64,000 nt of DNA from Dudresnaya verticillata (lineage: Eukaryota), in assembly GCA_977862235.1 (NCBI GenBank), contig OZ374558.1:2232001-2296000 (forward strand). The letters run 5' to 3'. Each line of letters begins with the position of its first letter. Positions within the stretch are counted from its first letter, which is position 1. The position numbers and the translations under genes were made by a program. The notes under the pieces were generated by a model that did no database searches, was not told the DNA's origin, and was given only the letters and a program-made list of their open reading frames with translations. Of this stretch, positions 32,331 through 44,412 are shown piece after piece.

Positions 32331-33144
32331 CGCTCATTAGCGCTATGATATAGACCTTGATCACGGTCACCGTCGCGGTGGGGTGATGAAGTATCCCGCG
32401 GTTTCTCAGGCTCTGAGCAACGGAAATATGGCACTTGACGAGTCAGGCTGCTTGCACGTGAGCCCCGACTTCTTCCTTCGCGATGAATCTCGTCGCCGTG
32501 TGGTGACAGATGTTCCCCCAATCTCCAATAATCTTCCTGAAGATATCTGTGGTCGTCAAGAGACGTACATCGCCCGTTCAAGTCATTATTGCCACTGTAT
32601 CGGCGGCCATTGTCGCGGTACGAGGACAAATTATTCCTCAGCCTCCCTGATTCTGCCCGACGCTTGTAAGCACCTTGAAATGATGGGCTGTCGATCCCCG
32701 AACCCCAAACTCTACAGCTGTGATGAAACTTTTCTTGTTGTGTTGCTGGAGTATCTCTATGTCCACGTGAATCTTCCTGATGATAATTGCTGCCGTCTCA
32801 AGTCGGGCTGCTCCCGTTAGATCCACGAAGTACTCTGCAACGAAGATTCTCGCCACGGCCGCACTGTTACAGCGATCATACAATATTGTTTCAGTTCGGG
32901 GTGGGGTGGGGTTTCAGATCGTGCAGATCGGAATTATAAGCTGGAGGAGGTCGGCTCATCGCGGGGGACCGGCCGAGAGTGCCTCAATGGCGTGGGAAAG
33001 GCCTCGAAACGAGGCTTTTCTCGCAGTTGAACCTGCAGCGGCAGGTTCAACTGCACAGTCAACGCTTGTAACACGCTGTACAACGTGCCGAAAACTGTGC
33101 AAGTGCTATATCCTGGGTGGTTGAGCAGACGTGTTCATCGTGGT

Positions 33145-33288
33145 GGCAGATCGTGCAGATCGGGGTATAAGCTGGAGGAGGTCGGCTCATCGTGGGGGAA
33201 GGCGGGGGACAGAAGGCAGCTGCACCGGTCGCTTCCCCGACGATGAGCCGACCTCCTCCAGCTTATACCCCGATCTGCACTATCTGCC
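33145..33288. repeat. Inverted repeat, ~55-bp arms, ~32-bp loop
   Basis: GGCAGATCGTGCAGATCGGGGTATAAGCTGGAGGAGGTCGGCTCATCGT pairs with ACGATGAGCCGACCTCCTCCAGCTTATACCCCGATCTGCACTATCTGCC. Confidence 0.9.
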
Positions 33289-35118
33289 TGATGATAATCG
33301 CGGCCGTCTCAAGTCGTGCTGCGCCCGTTAGATCCTCGAAGTACTCTGTAACGAAGATTCTCGCCACGGCCGTACTGGTACTGCGGCAAGCTATATCGAT
33401 ACCGTCCGGCCCGAAAATACTGTTCAAGGCGTGGTGAAAGACTATCACTCCGTGACACAGACTGTTGATAATCACGTCTTTCATGACTTTGACTGCCTGT
33501 ACTGTATCGGCGAATTCCGGTATGATACGGCCCTCAGAACTCGGATACTGATGCGGACTTGGGGACCGACGAGGAATTGGAGAGTGATAAGGACTTGGAG
33601 ACCGACGAGGACTAAGGTGCTGAGACTCTGACCGAGGAGTTTCACGCGCTTTTCGCGTCGAATTTCCTGCGCTCTCTTCGTTGTCTTCAATTCGAAATCG
33701 GTCTTCGTTGTGTTCTAGCGAATGAATAGCTCTTGAGCTCCGCGCGTCCGACCGTTGATGGTAGCGGTCTTCATTTGTCTGACTGTTTCCACTTGTGCCT
33801 TGAATTTCAGTGCGAACATAGTCCTCATCACGCTGCGGATACATTTCAGACTCCAGGCTCTGTGAGTTTGACCGGTGATTATCACATTGTTCATGATTGG
33901 GCATCTGATCGCTCGTGCAGTGACGCGTAATTTGATGAAGGTCCTCGTCTGTGCTCTGTAGCGACCGGGAACACTTCTGGAGCCGTGATCCAGACGAACA
34001 ATTTTCACGGCCTTCATCAAGCGGAATCGTACTACATTGTCTCGGGGTCGGGCTTCGAATGGCATCGCGGCGGTCTTCTTGAAGTTCTGGGGCCAGTCGG
34101 GTACCCAACACACACGGCTTTGGGTTTGGCATCAGGTTGGAAACCCCATGAGATAGGTCAGAGGCCGTTGCCGTCAAAGCATTGTGTCCATTGGGAAGTG
34201 ATGAAAGGCTTGGTCCACCTGGCCCATTGCAGGTTAGCCAAGCAGGCATAGGAACTGTAGGTTCGGGGCAACTGCGTGTTACAATATTCGGAGAGTACTT
34301 CGACTGGTCCGCCCCCTCGCTTCGGCTTAAGGTCCGCTTCGAAAATTCCACTCTGATTTCATGGTCTCCCCAACGGTTGCTTTTGATTTCTTTGAGTGCG
34401 TTCTCGGCTTCTTGTCTAGTCTCGTAGCCAACGAACGCATAATCTTAAGTTATTCTTGGGCAAGCAACGTTCCCGAAGAGAGAAAAAATCTTTAAGGACC
34501 TTCCTCGTTGTCGTAGAAGCATCGTAGCCTGTGACAAACAGTTCGTACAGCGGTGGCCTTTGATCGTTGACGTTCAGTTATCCGTAGGCAAGCAACGTCC
34601 CCGAAGAGAGAAAAAAGATCTTTAAGGACCTTCCTCGTTGTCGTGGAAGCATCGTAGCCCGTGACAAACAGTTCGTACAGCGGTGGCCTTTGATCGTTGT
34701 CGGAATCCTTGTTTCCAATGGCTCTCTCGACGCGTAGAACTCGGTTCCCAAAGAGCCCGGAAGTATGCCCGTCCAGGTTTGTGATTGCGGCTCTCCCTTC
34801 TGCTTCATTTCCCATCCTGACGAATGCATATCCGTCTCTTATGTTCACGTTCTTGACTGATCCGTATTCAGAGAACAAATCAACTAGATCAGCCGCGGGG
34901 CAGTCAGGGTGTACTGGTCTGACAAAAACTTGGAAGCAATCACGGCTGCGTCGTGGTGGGACGCCTGATGGTAATCCCCTCTCCTGTGGCCAAGGGTGAC
35001 TTGGTCCGGCGGTCTCCTTCAGCGTCGGTGACTGCGGAACCCGCGAAAGGTTGTCCGGAGGCAGAACTACAGAATCCGGAGTGGCCGACGGCGGTGGTGG
35101 CGACAGATTTCGTGGCAT
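33263..35118 (-). CDS. Two-RRM, SR-like RNA-binding protein; disrupted, or spliced across 34444-34571
   Basis: RRM1 VFVRPV..DLFSEYGSVKNV..RDGYAFVRM. RRM2 LFVTGY..LKDLFSLFGDV / YAFVGYE..EAENALK. Downstream RRSPSP repeats. An internal ~128-bp duplication carries a frameshift and a stop. Confidence 0.65.
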
Positions 35119-35837
35119 GGTGGACGAAGAGCGTATCCGTACGGGGCGAAGTCGCTGTGCGGACTCATCGACAGCAGCTATGGAGGAAGCTGGAGTCTAT
35201 GTGAGTTGAAGATTTCGAGAGGGGGCTGTGCAGAGGTGGCTGACAAGTAGCAAAGTGGTCCTTAAATCAGAAGGTTCGAACTGGGCGCGCTTCGTCGTCG
35301 ACGACGGCGACAACAATTTCGTCAGAAAGCATGAAAATTGAAATTTAGGGTACATCACCTTCTCTCTCCGCAAATAGAAATATCTGATTTTGGACATCTT
35401 GCAATACAAAACTGACAGCTGCACCAATAGAAATGCTTAGAGCTGCTGTTGGACTTATCGAGGAGAAATGCGGAAAATGCTGAGTTTTGTATTTCAACTG
35501 TAATGCAAGCAGTCGCCGTCCTCCGCGCGTCCGAAGTGACGCGGGCGCTGACGCTGGGCGGAAATAGAAGGAAATGCGCAACGCGCATCCTCTAGGTCCT
35601 GGGGCAGAGAAGTACGGACCAGAATCGGACCTAGAGGGGGACTTGTGCCCGCTGCCCACGCTTCGACCCTCGCTTTGCTATCTCTATCATTTCCTTCCGA
35701 GCGTCCTCCCCTTTCTCTACAGCGTACGTGCGCGTAACTAACCCTGCTTTTTTGCCCCGCGCCGCCGCTTCATCAGCTTCGCTATGAAAATTGCATTTTA
35801 GGGTACGGTGATGTCCCGACTTTGGGGTGGGTGTACC

Positions 35838-35911
35838 CCAAACCCAAAGTTGGTTAACAACGGCCGTGTATCACATGATACACGGCCATTGTTAACCAAC
35901 TTTGGGTTTGG
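35838..35911. repeat. 74-bp near-perfect palindrome
   Basis: 36-bp arms CCAAACCCAAAGTTGGTTAACAACGGCCGTGTATCA and its reverse complement, 1 mismatch, 2-nt loop. Confidence 0.92.
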
Positions 35912-37520
35912 CACATCATGGCATCCTGCGGCTGGTGTCAATCAACTTGTAGCGGACCATTGGTAGCGTTCTATTTTCGGGTGTGGCTGATGGAATATCA
36001 GCTTAGAAGACGTTGCAAGGAGGTCGAAGAAGAGGGTCAGATGTGTAGGAAACAAATGGAGCAAGTGCGATTTGCAGGGTGTGCGTTTTTCAGTACCTGT
36101 GGGTGGGCTATTTAAAGAGTCTAGGAAACATATGCGTGAGTCCTCTGCATTTGGTAATCGTTACACTCGGCTTTCAATCGGACTAAACAACTGAGATCCT
36201 CGCCGCCGCTCGATTACCGGAGATCAATTTATTGCCGGTTATGTCGCCGTCAAGAAAGGGACCTATCCGCTTGTTGAAAAGCTCGCTCTGTTAACGCCCC
36301 TCATTACCCTTGCTCTTAAGCCTGTATCCGATAGCGCGTTAATCTTCGCAGAGTCTCTCCCCAGTTGTGTCACACACTGGTGATTAAGCCCTCATAATGC
36401 AAGGGCGGCGTTTACCCGGTTTGATGACGGATACGCGGGATGCGGGCCCAGGCCGCCTGCTTTGTTATGTAGCGCGACCGGGAAGGCAGACGCGTTGGCA
36501 GGGTGGAGCAGGTAGTGTGGAAGGTCGGTCGGTCGAGATTACTTGCAGAGAGAACAGTCGTTCTTTGTCGTCGCTTCAAAGTAACACTTAGTTGTTTTAA
36601 GCGTCGCTACGGAATCTGTCTAACTTGTCTGGCAGCGTAAAGCAGAGAACGGCCGCCGTTAACAGGCTCGAGGCAACCCGGGACAAGCGTGAGTGACCGC
36701 ATGCACGAAATAACTTCTTTTGCGCCGGAGAGACCAAGCTCGAACCGTCACTTGCGCCGTGCAAACCCGCTCAGACTGCGGTTTGACGGTGCTAGGATGA
36801 GGGGCGCCGCGCCGCGGCGGAAGACGGCTTGACCTTGGCGCGGAATTCCCACCGGGGCTTTTCCGTCCGAGTTGTTGCAAATGGCTCTACTTTCGTTTAT
36901 CTGCGTTGAACAATTGCACACAATGGTAAACACGGCCTTCGCAGTCCGACGAAGAGTGCAATTGGGGCTGTACGCATTGATCGTGATCCGCAGAGCGATG
37001 ACAGCTCTGTATATGCAGGTCCTGTTACTGTCGCTCGATGCAACCAGACAGCGGACGTAGAAATGTAATCGGACATGGCGATTAACGGCGCGCCGTCAGC
37101 TGCTGGCGTCGTCAGCTGTGTCGTCAGCTTTGCCATCAACTGCGCCATCAGTTGGGCCATCAGCTGCGCCGTCTATTGCGCATTAAATCCTTGTAACACG
37201 CTGTAGAACCTGCCGTAGCCTGTGCAAACTTTCACGCAAGTGCTTGATCCTAGGTGGTTGAGCATTTCATCGTGGTGGATGATGCGATGCACAGTCGCTT
37301 GAAGACGATGGGCTGGAGTATGCTCAAGTAAACACAGATTGGCTGGAAATCGACTGGCCTAGATGCCGAGCCGTTTGGATGCCGGGACGCATGCCATTTC
37401 GTCTTCTCGAGGCCTTTCCCACACCATTGAGGCACTCTCGGAAGTGCCGGTGTCAGAGTAGAGTAAATTCAGAGTGCTCGTCGCCGTTAACGCTGTAAGA
37501 CGCCGCCATTGCCATCACCG

Positions 37521-37790
37521 CCGACTGGACGCCGACTGGACGCCGACTGGACGCCGACTAGACGACAACTGGACGACAACTGGACGACAACTGGACGACG
37601 ACTGGACGACGACGGGACGACGACGGGACGACGACGGGACGACGACGGGACGACGACGGGACGACGACGGGACGACGACGGGACGACGACGGGACGACGA
37701 CGGGACGACGACGGGACGACGACGGGAAGACGAAGGTACCATGGCGGTACCATGACGGGACCATGACGGGACAATGACGGGACCACGACG
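37521..37790. repeat. 11-bp minisatellite
   Basis: Units CTGGACGCCGA, CTGGACGACAA, CGGGACGACGA (about 10 copies), then CCATGACGGGA. Confidence 0.93.
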
Positions 37791-38377
37791 GTACGGCGAC
37801 GGTACCAGATACGCAAAGCGTTGATGTGCCACTGTATGCAAATTGCGTACCTTTATCCTTCTTTGCGCAATGTCCGCTGTCCGCTGTGCTACAAACAGAA
37901 AAGTAGCCTTGCGCATGGCCTCTCGAAGCATTCTTGTCTTTGCACACCACGCCCAGACAGCCACTAGGATCACGAATATTGATGGTGCTACAGCGTGGAC
38001 AACCTTCTCCAGAAGGTCGTCTGAAAGCAAGATTGGCCCCGCTCGGGCGACATGAACTCCCATTTGCAGGCACACCAGGTTCAGCTACAACGGCAAAGGG
38101 CACTGCATTGTACTTCGGGGAGGGTAAAAGGACAGCAGTGGTGTGTCTATGTTTGAGAGGATGACATCATCCTCTGCAAAGTTTCCCTTTCTGAACACGC
38201 CATCATCCATGATGGCGTGTTCAGAAAGGGAAACTTTGCAGAGGACAGGGTGCGGATGGCATCAATCGTACTGGCAATGGGGTCAAACAGCAGAAAGAGG
38301 ACTCCGCTTGATACTTTCAGGCAGGCTTGGTAGTTTTGAATGTAGAATGAACGGCAGGGGATGATCTTCTGGATTCC

Positions 38378-40162
38378 TCACTGTTTGAAGACCCTGCTCA
38401 AACCGGTCCCAGAGGGTGCCCAGATAGCCAATTCTTGTTTTCCAAGGGCGTCGTAGTCATCCTCCTCCTCCTCCTCTTCTTTGTCAACTGCTCGGCGTCC
38501 ACAATTCTTTCCCATTTCTTCATGAGCAAATCTAATCATTTCTTCCTCGCTGTTCAAAACCTGGACTGGTGCCCTTCCGTCGTCGGTTCCTATAACATTC
38601 TTGACAAACAATCCGGCGATATCTGCGGTGGAGGCTGGCCGAAGCAAAGTCCGCACGAAACATAGCACGAAGATTGCCGACATGAGGACAACAAGGAGGG
38701 TGAGCCAGTTAACGACGCGTCCATGCTCGTACCAAACGATTGTCGGGTGCTCTGCTTTACTTCCCGAGCCCTGGAATAGGTCAACTGTGGCTGGACCAGT
38801 CACCTCCACACCGCTCATCGCCTTGAACACAGTATGCGCAAAACTCATGGCTGGACGGGCGCCAATAGCTGGGATTTTAACCTTTGTGGTATACCGCTCG
38901 GAAACAACTCGGAGGAAGCGTTCGACCTTGTTGAGCTTGAGGACTTCGATATCTGGTCCATTGATAGCCTCATGCGTGAAGTTGAGTGTGTTGAGAGTTT
39001 TGAACTTGAAGCGCTTCTCTCCAGTATCCAAGTTGTATGCGGAGGCAAGGAAGCCGATGAGGGTTTTATGCGCGAGGCGCACTGAAGGAAGGCGGTTACG
39101 CTTCCTTGTTCGTTCCGGCAGCAGACATCCTCGTCCGTCTTCAAGCCGGAAATAGGCCATAGCCGAAAAATTTGTAACGTGCTCGTCAATGATCAAGTGA
39201 TGAACTGCTCCGTACTCGTGCAGGTCGGTGTGGATGGTTACATTGTGTTCGCCTCGTGGAACGTGCCTAAAATTTTCTCTCTCAGCCGACGGTAGTGTTG
39301 TCGTGAGACAAGTCGTTACTCGAGTGAGGCGCTGGTCCACACCCTGCAGTAGGACGACCCCACACGGTGCTACAGATGCCTGAAGTGTTGCTTCGCGCAC
39401 GGTCGACCATCTCGGTAAGACTGGTTGCGTGAGGCCGAGCGAAGCGACGTGGTTGCCAACTGGGATGACATCCGGGGAGGAGAAGAAGAGAACGAGAAAC
39501 TCCAATGCAAATGTAAGCAGGAGCAAAACCACTGCACAAAGAGCAAGACGCGGGTTCACTCGACGGCAAAGTTTCCTATGCAAAATGTTCCTTTTTCTTG
39601 AAGTTGCAGAAACAAGCGCGTGGAGTGGACGGTAGTCGCGAAAAAGGTACAGCGCGTGAGCGAGCGAAAACCCAAACGTGGAGACCGAGCCGGTAGCGGA
39701 GGAACGTAGAAGCAGTGAAGAAAGGATTCCCTGGATGGCGAGCAATAGCAGAAGTGAGAATACGGCGACGAGAATGTCATCTTGGTCGGTAAGGTCGAGC
39801 TGAAATCGGCCAGTTCGTTGCGTAGAGACGACCATGTCGCGGTTGAGAAAGGTGGCAATATCAGTGCGGCTGGGATGGGTTATCTGTGTGCCGCGCGCTA
39901 CGAGGACAAAGTGAGGGCCTAGCAGTGTCCCATGGCCTACCTGCTTGTACATGGTTTCGCAGTAGGTTGGTATGTCTTCAAAGGAAGCAATATGGCAAGT
40001 CGTTGACGAAAACGAATTACTGCACGAAGGTGGAGCTTCGGTCTTCGCAATGACTTTAAGCAACGTGGTGAGCTTCTGGAAAGGAGGGCCGGGGAATGGA
40101 CCAATGTGCCACCCGGGTACGAAACGGTACAGCGTGAGGCGTACCCGTGTGCCGCGTTGCAC
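38378..40162 (-). CDS. Hypothetical membrane protein (likely start ATG at 39835)
   Basis: Long single-exon ORF with hydrophobic helices (ILVAVFSLLLLLAIQGILSSLLL; LALCAVVLLLLTFALEFLVLFF; WLTLLVVLMSAIFVLCFV) around a large loop; acidic tail. Confidence 0.75.
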   Translation of the reverse strand: MQRGTRVRLTLYRFVPGWHIGPFPGPPFQKLTTLLKVIAKTEAPPSCSNSFSSTTCHIASFEDIPTYCETMYKQVGHGTLLGPHFVLVARGTQITHPSRTDIATFLNRDMVVSTQRTGRFQLDLTDQDDILVAVFSLLLLLAIQGILSSLLLRSSATGSVSTFGFSLAHALYLFRDYRPLHALVSATSRKRNILHRKLCRRVNPRLALCAVVLLLLTFALEFLVLFFSSPDVIPVGNHVASLGLTQPVLPRWSTVREATLQASVAPCGVVLLQGVDQRLTRVTTCLTTTLPSAERENFRHVPRGEHNVTIHTDLHEYGAVHHLIIDEHVTNFSAMAYFRLEDGRGCLLPERTRKRNRLPSVRLAHKTLIGFLASAYNLDTGEKRFKFKTLNTLNFTHEAINGPDIEVLKLNKVERFLRVVSERYTTKVKIPAIGARPAMSFAHTVFKAMSGVEVTGPATVDLFQGSGSKAEHPTIVWYEHGRVVNWLTLLVVLMSAIFVLCFVRTLLRPASTADIAGLFVKNVIGTDDGRAPVQVLNSEEEMIRFAHEEMGKNCGRRAVDKEEEEEEDDYDALGKQELAIWAPSGTGLSRVFKQ

Positions 40163-42079
40163 GGTGCGCTGGGGCGAGTGTGCATCGCGGGAACAAGGCG
40201 GTGGTGGTTGAGTCCATCACGGTCAGCGGCAGCAGCGGTTTTGCAGGGAGATCTTAGACGGCGTGTGCGGAAGATGAAGAGGCTGCAACGCCTTTCCCCG
40301 TAGATGGCGACGATGTTGGCATCGAAGGCGCTACGACTCGCTCGCGGTGGTAGTTGGCAGCGATTTCCATCTTAACCTCCTCTCGCGTGACTGTGACGCA
40401 TTAAATCGTGCTGTCGTCCACCCTAATTGGCTGCCTGAATTTTGCTGCCGCAATGAATATGCCGTCACGTCGCGGTGAGAGTCAATCGCCGCAAGCTATC
40501 GCCACCGCCTCTTTACGGTACTCCCTAAGCCCCTTTGGGGGCTTCTCTCTTGTTCTTCAAGTCTCTCTCTCACACACTAGACACACACACATTCACGCCC
40601 AAAGTGTTTTCCTCCACATTCATGTTGGGTCAATCGGCCACGAGACGGCTGCGTGGTTCCTCACGCGCCGGCAGCTGTCAGGGTGCTCTGCTCAGCGCGA
40701 TTCTTGCTGAGATGAACCACACCGATGGAATCGCATCGCCGAAGCAGAAAATCAATACCGCTCATACCACTTTCCGGCAAATCCAGCGTGGTCCGCGCGC
40801 GTGACCTGGCACACACCAGCGAAGCCACTCGGGCACCCTCCATCTCCTTTGTCGCCCTTTCGAAACGCGCCCTACCGCACAGCTCCCCCAAGCTGCTGAT
40901 TCACACAGTACTAGTACGTCCTCTCCCATTACCTGACGTAGTCTGGAGCCCAACCTCTCCAGTCAGCCGACTCGCTCTCTCCGTCGCATTTCCATATCAC
41001 TAACATCGTCTGCTTGGGCCGTTTGCTCGGGCCAGACGCAAAACGAACCTCCTGGCGCGTTTAAAATGAGGAGAGCCACCCCTTGTTCAAGATTGCATCC
41101 TGTGTCCGCAACTTTCTCTTCCAACCATGCTTGTCACCCGCTTTGCACCTCCCGCTTCCAGAAAGGCCCCCCGAAACCTTCAGAACGCTAAAACAATGTT
41201 CACCGCGATCAGCATGCGCGCTCCTCCACCTGTGTCGATCCAGGGCCCGTTTTACTTCAAGCTCCGTGTCGACACTCCGAATATCGGCCATGAGACTTTT
41301 CGCGAGATGGCTGCTAGCTTCACAAACTGCTAGCGCCTGCAGGAGCGACCGCCATCCACACAGCAACGACCAGCTGACTGTGGCTGCACTGCTACAATGT
41401 AGTGCTGTAACTATTTCCCTTTTATCGTATTTGACCGGGTTAAGAACGTCGATGATGCAGACCTTTACGCAATGTTAAACCGATACCCCTAAGATAACGT
41501 CTGCTTTGATTACTCCTTGATGACTTTCAAGTTTAAGAATAGACAGATGCTTTCTTGCTTGATTAATTCTTCGTAAAGTTATTCTCTCTGACTAGCTACG
41601 CTCCTTGAGCAACGGCAATGCCAATGAAACTATTTGGTGAAGACTCCACTACTACCGTTCCATAGCATATGTATATTTTACTGATGTGCTTTGAACTGCA
41701 ATCCTTCTCGGTTGTCGACAGGTTCATACCCATGCCATGCAGAATGGTCCATGAAACACTCTCCAGCACAGAAAGCAACTTTTCTCAAAGTCAATGCAGT
41801 CATTCTCCAACACAGTTCGTATTCTTTACTGAAGAAATCCTTTTCGGCTATCCTTGGGTCAAACTACCAAGGCCATTCTTCACTGGGTAAAGAGTGCAGT
41901 AGAAATTACAAACAGCTCAAGCAACCCAAACAGTAATCGTCTGTCGCGCAAGAGTTATGAACTTTACGTCATGTCGAAAAGCTCGTTGTGTGCATGAATA
42001 CCGGCGGTAGGAACTCACACTCTCACGAAGGTCTATCATGTCACACCCTGGTTCCAAACTTGACACGGCGAATTCATTA

Positions 42080-43231
42080 CTACACATCTGTGCTCAGCTC
42101 AATTGTGCGCCAGTGGAAAGATCCATCCCAGCCCACAGCCTTCGCAGATACCGTCAAAACTGTGCGTTCCATTTTCATCCTCCAGGGATTGTATCTTACT
42201 TGATTCCCGCTCATGGGCCAGTCACCCGAGATGCTATACGGCTTTCTCATATCCGTCCGCCCCTTCCTTCCATCAACGTAGAACGTCACTGAGCGGATGT
42301 TTCCGCTTGTCTCTGCGGTAACAGTTGGCCTCATCCTTCTCGTCAAGAAAATGTACGGAGTACTTGTGCGCGATGAGGACGTGTATACTCTGGTCGGGAG
42401 GTCCGCGGCTCGTATAGTGATCGAAAGAATGTAAACCGATTTCCGTTTCTGCTGCTGGTACGGGTTTTGGTACCTACTCCTTGGAATTGGGGGCGGGGAA
42501 TTCTTCATGAACTCGAAGGGCTTCTGCAGAGTAGTAGACCTTCCTCCTCCTGGACATGGTTCTTTCCAACAAACACCGATGCGGTTCACAGTAGCGCGAC
42601 ACATGCCATTGCTCGCAGAGATCGAACGACCGGTCATAAAAACAGGACGCTGGAAGACGCGGTTCGGCCCACCCTTGATAGTGATGTATGTGCAGTCGTA
42701 GTAATCCCCAAAGAAGGCCCACTTCTCGCCACCACCGTACCAAACCCATCCAAGTACGTACACCCCATCTGGGACGTTCATTGGGATCTGAATGGGATGC
42801 CGGTAATACTCGAGACGCTTGTCAAACCTGCAATCACGGTGCCTGTAACGACGACTGCACTTCCCCACGTTAAGATCAGCACATGTGAATAGAAACGCAT
42901 TCTCCCGATGCTTCTTCGCGTTTTGCATATCTCTCACATGCACAAGTGACCAACGGGAGAATCCCCCACGATGGTTGTTGGCTAGAGTATTAACTGTTAT
43001 CCGTGATCCGCGCCGAGCGGATATGGTGGGATTTTCTGGGTTGATGTCCAAACGTAGCTCACTACGGGGACAAGGCCCACGGCAGTTCTTCCTCAGGCCA
43101 ACGCGACAAGCATAATCGCGAGTCATTGGATACGGATAACTTATAGATTGATGCGCTGACGCTGGACCCCGGCAGAGGCTAACAAGAACCACAATGAGCA
43201 GCGCACTAGGATTCTCGAGACGGAGCGACAT
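42080..43231 (-). CDS. Secreted lytic polysaccharide monooxygenase-like protein (AA17-like) with C-terminal beta-rich module
   Basis: Signal peptide ending ASA, then His1 (43151-43153). Motifs C...CRGPC, NNHRGGFSRWSLV, IP..VPDGVYVLGWVWYGG, GDYYDC..I.IKGG. Confidence 0.8.
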   Translation of the reverse strand: MSLRLENPSALLIVVLVSLCRGPASAHQSISYPYPMTRDYACRVGLRKNCRGPCPRSELRLDINPENPTISARRGSRITVNTLANNHRGGFSRWSLVHVRDMQNAKKHRENAFLFTCADLNVGKCSRRYRHRDCRFDKRLEYYRHPIQIPMNVPDGVYVLGWVWYGGGEKWAFFGDYYDCTYITIKGGPNRVFQRPVFMTGRSISASNGMCRATVNRIGVCWKEPCPGGGRSTTLQKPFEFMKNSPPPIPRSRYQNPYQQQKRKSVYILSITIRAADLPTRVYTSSSRTSTPYIFLTRRMRPTVTAETSGNIRSVTFYVDGRKGRTDMRKPYSISGDWPMSGNQVRYNPWRMKMERTVLTVSAKAVGWDGSFHWRTIELSTDV

Positions 43232-44412
43232 TGCAACTTCTAGATCGCAGAACCTTTCCGATAACGTATGCTTGTTGCCCCAACGCTTATCGCCAGTGCC
43301 GTTGAGGCTGGTTGGATGGGATCTGCCTTCGTGTGGAATGGGTAGGCTAGAGTTGGGTCAAGCCGTTTGGGTTTCGTCTACACGGTCTGGATCCATTAGT
43401 ACTGCCAAGATGTTGAGGCACATGCGCAGCCGTCTGAGGGAATCGCGCAGGCGCGCGGCAACTCTCGTTGCTGTAATGTGCAGAAAATATTTTAAATAAT
43501 CGTAGTCGCACGAAATATATGATTGCTGCTCTGTACAGTACGATGCTTGGTGGCGCCTGTTATTGTAGAAACCGCGGGGCTACTCGTGCATGCACCGTGC
43601 TCCTAGTGTACTGTAGACGAGCACAGCAACGGCGTTTGGTTGGTAACCGCGAGGCCGCTAAGCAACACACCGTGGTGCGCTCATCTCAACAAAGCAGCCG
43701 GAGAAGCACATCATCTTGCGCAGCCGTCAAGCGTAGCCGTCAAGCGTAGCCGTGAGGATACTCATCCAAACGCCATGCCCACGAAAGGTGCATATCCAAA
43801 ATGAAAATTACGCAAGAGATCCGACCAGAAGAGATTGGGGGGGTTGGAATGGATACCTAAACTCACTTATTTGTACAGTTCAGGAAAAGTTACAAACACA
43901 CATACCATGGAGATGCACATGCACAATCACAAGCAGGCGCTAGGCTGGATCTCCAATTTCATCCGTTCTACCCCCGCCACCCGAAGCTTCCACGAGCCCT
44001 GACGTGGCAATTCGAGCCCATTGGATACCATTCCCACAACGGACAAATCATCACCAACAAACGGTCTAGCCACCCCGCGTCATGTGCTCCGCGTCGCCCG
44101 ACTCGCCGGGCCAGAGATCACCCCACTATGACGTAACGTCGAAACCCCCAGATCTCAAACGAGATCTCCCAACAACCAAGCGACCTGACGCGCAATACAC
44201 GTCGGTAAGCGTCAGAAACCAACCCAAGAAATTTAGAACTGACCAAGCCGCCCAAGCCCTCCACGCCGCCAACGGTACTCCACCCGTTCCTCCACAAGCC
44301 TCCCACCCTAGACGGCGCCCTGGCGCAACCGATGCACCGAGTGTTATTTCAGTCACCCCTTAGAAGGCGCACTGTCGACTTGTCGACATCGAAGTGCAGA
44401 TCAACCCTGTCC

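Noticed and set aside
37474..38103. ORFs with RRPVVVPSSS / TTTGRRRDDDG repeats
   Set aside because: They are translations of the 11-bp minisatellite in several frames.
41061..41950. Possible decayed gene
   Set aside because: Short interrupted ORFs with no motif I can identify.
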